From the IMG/VR virus record IMGVR_UViG_3300009720_000014: a stretch of 24,953 nucleotides of DNA; one strand, written 5' to 3'. The notes below the pieces were generated by a model. That model saw nothing but the letters and a program-made list of their open reading frames with translations. It searched no databases and was not told the origin of the DNA. Positions 1-5,922 of this stretch are shown piece by piece (positions within the stretch are counted from its first letter, which is position 1; each line of letters opens with the position of its first letter). The translations under genes were made by a program, and so were the position numbers. This DNA is from a virus.

Positions 1-46
1 AAAGTAAAAAAGTTTCGGTTTCCCAAAATAAAATTTATTCATTATA

Positions 47-700
47 ATGGCATTTAATGAATCATATAAAAGATGGCATACTCCTAAAAGAAATAATTTC
101 AATGAAGACGGAACCCTGAAAAAAGGGGAAAGCTATCAGGGTTACTATAAAATAACTAATAGGGACAAATATGTAGGAAACCCGGATCTTATTATTTTTC
201 GTAGTTCCTGGGAATTTTCTTTTTGTAAATGGTGTGATTTTTCTCCTTCTATTGTTAGATGGGGATCTGAACCTGTAAGAATACCATATTATGATAAGGT
301 TTCTAAATTAGCTAAATGTAAAGAATTGGGAATTGATCCGAATAATCCTAAAAATTGGGTTACTAAATTTTATACAACTGATTTTTGGATCCAGGTAAAG
401 AAAGCGGATGGATCCATTGAAAAATGGTTTGTAGAAATTAAGCCTGGAGGAAAATTACATAAACCTGTTCCGCCAGATAGAAATGCTCCTTTGGCTCAGA
501 TAAAAAGATATAATAGATTGGTGAGAGAATATCTCGTAAATGAAGAAAAATTCAAAGCTATTGAAGAATGGGCAAATAAAAATGGAACAAAATTTTACAT
601 TTTTACCGAGGCTGAACTATTGCATTTTGGAATTATAGGGGGTAGATTTGATATTAAAAAGGAAGATTTAATCTATGCTTCATCCGCGGGACGAAAATAA
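47..700 (+). CDS. gp4: T4 gp4-like head completion nuclease (TnsA-type PD-(D/E)xK endonuclease)
   Basis: Motifs FRSSWEFSFCKWCD.SP.IVRWGSEPVRIPY, YTTDFWIQVK and WFVEIKP, and the C-terminal KFKAIEEWANKNGTKFYIFTEAEL, match the T4 gp4 family pattern; neighbours are gp2-like and portal genes. Confidence 0.85.
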   Translation: MAFNESYKRWHTPKRNNFNEDGTLKKGESYQGYYKITNRDKYVGNPDLIIFRSSWEFSFCKWCDFSPSIVRWGSEPVRIPYYDKVSKLAKCKELGIDPNNPKNWVTKFYTTDFWIQVKKADGSIEKWFVEIKPGGKLHKPVPPDRNAPLAQIKRYNRLVREYLVNEEKFKAIEEWANKNGTKFYIFTEAELLHFGIIGGRFDIKKEDLIYASSAGRK

Positions 701-1349
701 GGTCTTAAAAAATGTTAATAATATTGACGAACAAGCTTATTTTACCTTGTTCGAAAAATATATTATTATGAATCTTAAAGGCGAGAAAAAATTAATAGAA
801 ATAGATTCCACCGACCAGGAATCTGTTATTGCTACACGAAATGGAGGCTATCCAGTTCCGGGATTTATTTATACCTTTATCTACAGAGGACCAGATGCTA
901 TTGTTCAGTTAAAATCTGGTCAAGTAAAATATACAGATTTAGTTCCTCTTGTATTTTGCATGAATATCGATAGAGGAAGTTTTACAGGGATAAATTTAAA
1001 TACCCTTCCCCCAGATGCAAGATTATCTTTCCTAGGGTCATTTTACGATACATTCTATGATTTTTTCAAAAATGTAGAGAATCTTACAGAAAATAACAAA
1101 GAAGCTTTTAATAAAAGATTTATCTCTCTTATTAAATCAGGGGGAGGACAATCTCTTTTAAAAGTTTTCAATAGGGAAAATGGAGCAAATTATAATTTTG
1201 GTTACAGAAAATATTTAATCGAAAAAGTCGATAGATTTAGAATGGTTGAATACAGCGAATGGAAATTTATTCCATTCTACGAACCTAAAGATGCTTTTAG
1301 AAAACTCAACCAAGCAGATTTATATAAATTATATGATAGATCAAGATAA
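675..1349 (+). CDS. gp2: T4 gp2-like DNA end protector protein
   Basis: PGFIYTFIY...YTDLVPLVF...FTGINLNTLPPDARLSFL resembles the gp2 family signature (YD.FPLV...F.GINLHYLP...R); lies between the gp4-like and portal genes. Confidence 0.7.
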   Translation: MLHPRDENKVLKNVNNIDEQAYFTLFEKYIIMNLKGEKKLIEIDSTDQESVIATRNGGYPVPGFIYTFIYRGPDAIVQLKSGQVKYTDLVPLVFCMNIDRGSFTGINLNTLPPDARLSFLGSFYDTFYDFFKNVENLTENNKEAFNKRFISLIKSGGGQSLLKVFNRENGANYNFGYRKYLIEKVDRFRMVEYSEWKFIPFYEPKDAFRKLNQADLYKLYDRSR

Positions 1350-1354
1350 ATAGA
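1345..1354 (+). promoter_or_regulatory. RATAWATARA motif (candidate late promoter) upstream of the portal gene
   Basis: GATAAATAGA, 16 nt before ATG 1371. Confidence 0.45.
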
Positions 1355-1370
1355 TAAAATACTTTAGTAC

Positions 1371-3203
1371 ATGGCCGGTTTTACGATGAGGTCTTTGGAC
1401 GGAAGACGTCTAGGATTTGTCAAAAATATTCAAAAAAATATACGAAATCTTTCCTCCCTTGGAATGAGATGGGATGAGAAAGTTATTAAGCAATCAAAGT
1501 CTATAGGTATTGCCGAAAGCCAGCTTGATTCCATGTATGGTTTATATTACCAAGGGAATTATGCAGGAACAGACTACGGTCAAAAAGAATTTATTGCTTA
1601 TTTTGACAAGGAGTATCCCACAAGAAGAGATTTTCTTCGAAAATTTGCAATGAATGGAGAAATAGAAAACATTCTTGAAATTATCGCAGATGAATCGGTT
1701 ATCTATGATGATAACAATTATTTTGCATATCCTAATACTGCTAATCTAAAGGGGGTTCTAAAACAAGATAAAGCTAAAGAAATCGTTGATGATTTAAATG
1801 AAGCTTTCAGAAAAATTTATTATGCTTTTAAATTTAACCAATCTCATGATGCTTGGCATTATTTTAAAAAATTCTTAATTGACGGATTTCTTTCCTTCGA
1901 AATTATTTATGATGGCGAGGGAGATAATGATGCTAAAAATATTATCGCTCTCAAAGAAGTAGATCCAATATCTCTAGAACCAGAAGTTCGTATTGGAGAA
2001 GACGGTCACGAATATCGTGTCTGGATCCAGTATCGAGGGGATTCAAGAAAGCAAAGGGAATTACTTGATGGTAACTTAATTTACATATCTTGGGCAAGGG
2101 GAAACTTCATTTCCAGATTATCATACGTTGAAAGATTAGTTCGTTCATTTAATATGATGAGAACCCTTGAAAATTCACGTATTATTTGGAACGTTTGGAA
2201 TGCCCAAATGAGGGTTAAAATATTAGTTCCTATAGGAACTCAGTCGGATGCTAAAGCTCGTACGAGACTTTCTGAATTGAGGGGTATGTATAAAGAGGAA
2301 CTTAATATAGACGATCATTCCGGGGAAGTAACTTATAATGGAAGCCCGCAATTTAATTTTGCAAAAACTTTTGTTGTTCCAACAAGAGATGGACAGCAAA
2401 CCGAAATTGATGGGTTTCAACCTCAAGGATATAACTTAGGAGATACAGATGCTCTAAGATATTTCTTGCAGAGGTTCCTTATAGAAACTAAGGTTCCTTC
2501 ATCTCGTTTTTCCAATGACCCAACTCAGGGGCCTCAAGGACAGTGGGGAGCTGGTGCAGAAGGTATTGCTAGGGAGGAATTAAGATTTAGTAACTTTATC
2601 ACCAGAATTCGTTCTATTTTTCAGGAGATCTTATTAAAACCCCTATGGATCCAGTTTATTTTACAGCATCCCGAATTTAGGGATGATGAAATTCTCAAAG
2701 CATCTATTGGTCTTGAATTCATCGAAGAAAACTTCTTTAAGATGATGAAGGAAAGAGATATTGCGGAAAAAGGTGCCAATACAGTTAATGCTTTGATGGG
2801 TATTAAAGAACCTACCGTTAATCCAGACGGAAGTCCTGGCGAGAAAAATTTCTTTGACCCAAAATTCCTTGTTGAAAAATATATGGAATTCTCCGAAGCA
2901 GATATGAAATTGAATGCTAAGTATAAGAAAGAACGAGATGAAGAAATTAAGAAACTTGCTCGTGCTTATGCAAGAATAGCTGCTGCAAGTGGAGGAGGAG
3001 CTGCTGGAGCAGGTGGCGGCGGTGGCGAAGCTGGAGGATTATTTGGAGGCGGTGGCGAAGCTGGAGGAGGATTATTTGGCGGCGGCGGTGAACTCGGAGG
3101 GGGTGAACTTGGTGGTGGAGGCGAACTTGGAGGAGGTGAACTCGGGGGAGGCGAAGCTGGAGCTGAAACCCCCGAAGCTGGAGGAGAAGAATTAGGGTTA
3201 TAA
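1371..3203 (+). CDS. gp20: T4 gp20-like portal protein with Gly-rich C-terminal tail
   Basis: EIENILEIIADE, FKKFLIDGFLSFEII, I.ALKEVDP, LSYVERLVRSFN.MRTLENSRIIW, ELRGMYK, TFVVPTRDGQQTEID, YF..R....TKVPSSRF and REELRFSNFITRIRSIF follow the gp20 portal pattern. Confidence 0.92.
   Translation: MAGFTMRSLDGRRLGFVKNIQKNIRNLSSLGMRWDEKVIKQSKSIGIAESQLDSMYGLYYQGNYAGTDYGQKEFIAYFDKEYPTRRDFLRKFAMNGEIENILEIIADESVIYDDNNYFAYPNTANLKGVLKQDKAKEIVDDLNEAFRKIYYAFKFNQSHDAWHYFKKFLIDGFLSFEIIYDGEGDNDAKNIIALKEVDPISLEPEVRIGEDGHEYRVWIQYRGDSRKQRELLDGNLIYISWARGNFISRLSYVERLVRSFNMMRTLENSRIIWNVWNAQMRVKILVPIGTQSDAKARTRLSELRGMYKEELNIDDHSGEVTYNGSPQFNFAKTFVVPTRDGQQTEIDGFQPQGYNLGDTDALRYFLQRFLIETKVPSSRFSNDPTQGPQGQWGAGAEGIAREELRFSNFITRIRSIFQEILLKPLWIQFILQHPEFRDDEILKASIGLEFIEENFFKMMKERDIAEKGANTVNALMGIKEPTVNPDGSPGEKNFFDPKFLVEKYMEFSEADMKLNAKYKKERDEEIKKLARAYARIAAASGGGAAGAGGGGGEAGGLFGGGGEAGGGLFGGGGELGGGELGGGGELGGGELGGGEAGAETPEAGGEELGL
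2979..3200 (+). repeat. Gly-rich GGG(G)E[A/L] low-complexity repeat at the portal C-terminus
   Basis: About 74 aa with seven GGG(G)E[A/L] units, two followed by GG(G)LF; locally GC-rich. Confidence 0.9.
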
Positions 3204-3221
3204 TTTTTAATATCATTAACT

Positions 3222-3335
3222 ATGGAAACATTTTTGGAACTTGGAAGAACCCTATGGCCTATTTGGGCTATACTTCTATTATGTGTGGGCATTTTAATTG
3301 CTACAAGGGATAAAAAACCTAAAAATAAAAAATAA
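3222..3335 (+). CDS. small single-pass membrane protein (37 aa, below the ORF-track cutoff)
   Basis: METFLELGRTLWPIWAILLLCVGILIATRDKKPKNKK*: one hydrophobic segment and a basic tail; ATG preceded by ATTAACT as at 4607; fills the gap between the portal gene and 3342. Confidence 0.65.
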   Translation: METFLELGRTLWPIWAILLLCVGILIATRDKKPKNKK

Positions 3336-3341
3336 AAAACT

Positions 3342-3635
3342 ATGAAAGAATTTTTCAAAAAACTTTGGGAAAAAATTAAAGCTTTTGCTCTTAAAATATG
3401 GGGAAAAGTTAAAGCATGGGCTGTTCTAACAGCATGGCCTTGGTTAAAAAAAGAATGGATGCAGATTATAAACCTTCTTGTTCTTTTTATTGTCTATGGA
3501 AATACCGATTCTCTTCCAGGAGTTCAGACTGTAGCTGGATTATGGATATTCATACTCCTTGTATATTATATCTTCTGGAAATTCTTTGGAGCAGAAAAAG
3601 CTTTTAAGAAAAAACCTAAAACCCCAGCAAAATAA
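3342..3635 (+). CDS. membrane protein (two TM segments, basic termini; holin-like topology possible)
   Basis: Amphipathic N-terminus, two hydrophobic segments and a Lys-rich tail; followed by a terminator. The holin role is speculative. Confidence 0.7.
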   Translation: MKEFFKKLWEKIKAFALKIWGKVKAWAVLTAWPWLKKEWMQIINLLVLFIVYGNTDSLPGVQTVAGLWIFILLVYYIFWKFFGAEKAFKKKPKTPAK

Positions 3636-3642
3636 TTAAATT

Positions 3643-3680
3643 AAATTCCCGAATAGATAAACTATACGGGAATTTTTGTT
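3643..3680 (+). terminator. intrinsic terminator
   Basis: AAATTCCCG (3643-3651) pairs with CGGGAATTT (3667-3675), with an inner ATAG/CTAT pair, followed by TTTGTT. Confidence 0.75.
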
Positions 3681-3681
3681 T

Positions 3682-3762
3682 ATGATAGTACGTGAAAGCA
3701 TAAATTTTGAAAGGGATATTGATCCTAATAAATCCATGGAAATTGGGGTCCAAATATTTTAG
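3682..3762 (+). CDS. 26-aa micro-ORF consisting almost entirely of the FERG motif
   Basis: MIVRESINFERDIDPNKSMEIGVQIF*(TAG); matches the motif repeated in 3769-4494 and 5923-8415; in frame with 3769. Confidence 0.6.
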   Translation: MIVRESINFERDIDPNKSMEIGVQIF

Positions 3763-3768
3763 AATAGT

Positions 3769-4494
3769 ATGAGAGCACAATTTGTAAGGGGCCAGAATCC
3801 CAAAAAAACAATGGGTATCGGATTATTAGCTCAAAAGGAAAGACTAATAAAAATGCTACCAGAAATTGTGGGAAATACCATGGCATTACACAAACAAGAT
3901 ATAAATGCTTTAAAAAAGTCTATAAGAAATAAAAAAACTATAGTTTCTTTTAATAATGGAAAATTAAAAGTAATTAATCCAGATCTTTCAATATTTTTCT
4001 TTACCAGTTTAAAAAGTTATCTAAATTTTTGGGCTACGGACCAAGTTCAAAATTATAGAAAAACACCAGATGGCGCCGAATATGATTTAATTACAAATGA
4101 ATCTCAAAATTTTGAGAGAGGATTAGATCCTAGGCAAGCTATGGAAATAGGTCTAAAAACATGGGATAAAATTTCTCCTGGATATATTCTTAAACCCAAA
4201 AAAGAGGTTTATGTTAGTAATAAGGGAAATTTTGCAGCAGAATATGGCAGTGCTGATACTATATGGCAAGATATGTATATTTTAATTCTTTTAGTACAAA
4301 AAATATGGGATAAAGAATTACACAAAGAAATAATTTACACAAATTATACAAAATGCTGGACATTGCCCGAAGCTATTGAAAAAAGTAAAGGGGATCTAGA
4401 TAAACTTGGTGCTAGAAGAATGTTCGGAACCCAAAAGCAATTTGAAAATAGATTTGAAATTATTCAGAGAAAAGATGAAAGCAAAAATAGTTAA
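3769..4494 (+). CDS. hypothetical protein with two FERG-type motifs (N-terminal and internal)
   Basis: Starts MRAQFVRGQNPKKTMGIG; internal NESQNFERGLDPRQAMEIG at 4093-4152. Confidence 0.85.
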   Translation: MRAQFVRGQNPKKTMGIGLLAQKERLIKMLPEIVGNTMALHKQDINALKKSIRNKKTIVSFNNGKLKVINPDLSIFFFTSLKSYLNFWATDQVQNYRKTPDGAEYDLITNESQNFERGLDPRQAMEIGLKTWDKISPGYILKPKKEVYVSNKGNFAAEYGSADTIWQDMYILILLVQKIWDKELHKEIIYTNYTKCWTLPEAIEKSKGDLDKLGARRMFGTQKQFENRFEIIQRKDESKNS

Positions 4495-4530
4495 AAACAA
4501 TTGGAAGTTCTTCAGAAAATAAAAGAAGCT

Positions 4531-4587
4531 TTAACAGAACTTTAACGGCATTTTAGGTATATAATCTTTTTCTTTTTCGTATATTTG
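4531..4587 (+). promoter_or_regulatory. candidate Bacteroidota-type promoter (TAnnTTTG) with upstream TTAAC-N6-TTAAC direct repeat
   Basis: TATATTTG at 4580-4587 fits the Bacteroidetes -7 consensus TAnnTTTG; TTAAC at 4531 and 4542; ATG at 4607. Confidence 0.55.
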
Positions 4588-4606
4588 TCTTCTAAAACTA
4601 TTAACT

Positions 4607-4869
4607 ATGCTACTACTTGCTGAAATTATTCTTACCATTTTTGCCTGGAGAAAAGGTTATAAATGGCTATCTCTTCTTCCTGTTGGTGTAGGACTTATAA
4701 CAGGATTTATACTTGGAGCAGGAATTGCAGCATCCGGGGGGATGTTGTTACTGCAAGAGGTCTTTCCATATTCATTGATCTTTTAGTAATAGTTGCCCTT
4801 GTCGGCATGCTTCTTGCTAAAAAACAGACGAAAGACCTGGAAAAAACAGATTTGACTGAAAATAAATAA
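4607..4869 (+). pseudogene. membrane protein gene split by a frameshift at a G6 run (87 aa if G7)
   Basis: The frame from ATG 4607 (MLLLAEIILTIFAWRKGYKWLSLLPVGVGLITGFILGAGIAASGG) stops at 4786. The hydrophobic continuation DVVTARGLSIFIDLLVIVALVGMLLAKK... lies in the -1 frame right after G6 (4736-4741). Confidence 0.65.
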
Positions 4870-4870
4870 A
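4861..4870 (+). promoter_or_regulatory. RATAWATARA motif (candidate late promoter) directly upstream of the tmRNA acceptor piece
   Basis: AATAAATAAA; the same consensus recurs upstream of eight protein genes in this window. Confidence 0.45.
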
Positions 4871-4871
4871 A

Positions 4872-4942
4872 TACTGAGAACTGCTGAAAAGCTAGTTATA
4901 GAGTAGGTATGTAAGACGCGGGTTCGAATCCCGCCACCTCCA
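4872..4942 (+). ncRNA. ssrA: two-piece tmRNA, acceptor piece (T-arm plus 3' acceptor strand)
   Basis: T-stem GCGGG 4918-4922 / CCCGC 4930-4934, loop TTCGAAT, acceptor strand CACCTCC 4935-4941, discriminator A4942; full CCA not encoded (followed by CAG). The 5' boundary is estimated. Confidence 0.88.
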
Positions 4943-5128
4943 CAGTCGACGGGCCAGAAATGGAAAAACACGTCACTACTTTAGTTTCCGATTTTCAACT
5001 CTAAAAATCGGTGGTGGAATCCTGACCTCCGTCCAGTTTCTGGAATTACCGGTCAGCCCCGTTCTCTACCTTTGGTAGGGAACCTTCAAAGGCTTTGGTG
5101 ATTGAGCCCGCTAATCAATCATCTTTAT
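4943..5128 (+). other. structured intervening sequence of the permuted tmRNA (186 nt, ~46% GC)
   Basis: Lies between the 3' acceptor end and the 5' GGGGGTG end; contains at least four hairpins and a 14-codon ORF (4960-5004). Confidence 0.75.
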
Positions 5129-5275
5129 GGGGGTGACTTGGCTTTGATTGCATATTGAGGGCAATGATGAACGTCTCAGAACGCGAATAAACGGCGCAAA
5201 TGTTTATGAAATGAAAATGGCTGCTTAAGAAGCACCCATTTACAGGAGACTTGCCGGCAGCCTAAGTGCCGGCTT
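5129..5275 (+). ncRNA. ssrA: two-piece tmRNA, coding piece (5' acceptor strand plus tag reading frame GANVYEMKMAA*)
   Basis: GGGGGTG 5129-5135 pairs with CACCTCC and gives the G3.U70 Ala determinant. TTGCATAT 5148-5155 pairs with GTATGTAA 4907-4914. Resume context ATAAAC|GGC; tag 5193-5228 ends in AA*; the TAA overlaps a short hairpin (TGCTT/AAGCA). The 3' boundary is estimated. Confidence 0.88.
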
Positions 5276-5279
5276 TTTT
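5253..5279 (+). terminator. intrinsic terminator ending the tmRNA transcript
   Basis: GCCGGCA (5253-5259) / TGCCGGC (5267-5273) stem followed by T6. Confidence 0.85.
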
Positions 5280-5284
5280 CATTA

Positions 5285-5294
5285 GATAAATAAA
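5285..5294 (+). promoter_or_regulatory. RATAWATARA motif (candidate late promoter)
   Basis: GATAAATAAA, 11 nt before ATG 5306, just after the tmRNA terminator. Confidence 0.45.
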
Positions 5295-5305
5295 GAAAAA
5301 GTCTA

Positions 5306-5545
5306 ATGAAAAAAATTATAAAAATTCTTCAAAGATGGTTTGAGCATTATGGGCTAATAAAAATCGTTGCGGCCTTTTTAATTCTCATAATTTGTATCGT
5401 TATTGATCAAAAATTCCGTCCAATTAAATTGGTAGAATATATTGGTATAGCTGCTGCAATTTATCTTTTAATAACGGTAGTTACCTTTACTATTGCAGGA
5501 ATTGTTAATAGTATTAAGGATTTTATAAATAGAAAGAAAGAATGA
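5306..5545 (+). CDS. small membrane protein (two TM segments)
   Basis: Two hydrophobic segments; ATGA overlap with the next gene. Confidence 0.75.
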   Translation: MKKIIKILQRWFEHYGLIKIVAAFLILIICIVIDQKFRPIKLVEYIGIAAAIYLLITVVTFTIAGIVNSIKDFINRKKE

Positions 5546-5919
5546 TAGCTATTATTCTTCTTCTTTTAGCGGGGATCCTTAATGCATGCATGGATACTCT
5601 TAAAACCCATTATTCTAAATCTATTTTTTCAAAATGGAAAAACCAGAACTGGGTAAATCCTGCTTTATCGTGGACTAATAAATGGAAATCTGAATCCAAA
5701 TTAGGAGATTTAATAATGTCAACAATTCTTGTTTGGATTACTGATTTGTGGCATCTTTGCAAACATCTTATGTTAATCTGTTTAATGTTAACGGTTATAT
5801 TTTATCATCCTATTGTTAACTGGTGGATAGATTTTATTATTTTATTTTGCTCCTTTACCATTCCTTTTGAAATTTTTTATAGCAAGATATTATTACTTAG
5901 AATAAATAAAGAAAACTAA
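5542..5919 (+). CDS. membrane protein, Trp-rich
   Basis: Hydrophobic N-terminus, Trp-rich middle (W.N..W.NP..SW.NKW) and further TM segments; coupled start/stop with 5306-5545. Confidence 0.75.
   Translation: MIAIILLLLAGILNACMDTLKTHYSKSIFSKWKNQNWVNPALSWTNKWKSESKLGDLIMSTILVWITDLWHLCKHLMLICLMLTVIFYHPIVNWWIDFIILFCSFTIPFEIFYSKILLLRINKEN
5901..5910 (+). promoter_or_regulatory. RATAWATARA motif (candidate late promoter)
   Basis: AATAAATAAA, 12 nt before the TTG start at 5923. Confidence 0.4.
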
Positions 5920-5922
5920 ACA

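Noticed and set aside
2947-3358. Pro-rich and Leu/Arg/His-rich ORFs (2947-3216, 2966-3358, 2989-3195)
   Set aside because: They are antisense or alternate-frame shadows of the Gly-rich portal tail.
4475-4545. Tiny ORF MKAKIVKNNWKFFRK* (4475-4522), possibly a frameshifted MKAKIV...QLEVLQKIKEALTEL
   Set aside because: It is too short and has no independent support; it overlaps a promoter-like region.
4663-4869. 68-aa ORF from the track as an independent gene
   Set aside because: Its first ~25 residues are an out-of-frame reading of the membrane gene starting at 4607; it is better explained as the frameshifted second half.
4890-4945. Possible stand-alone tRNA
   Set aside because: There is no upstream 5' acceptor strand, D-arm or anticodon arm; the complementary 5' strand is downstream at 5129 and is followed by a tag frame, so it is tmRNA.
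4783-4971. 62-aa minus-strand ORF (…GGGGIRTRV…)
   Set aside because: It is the reverse-complement shadow of the tmRNA T-arm and acceptor strand, a typical artefact over tRNA-like genes.
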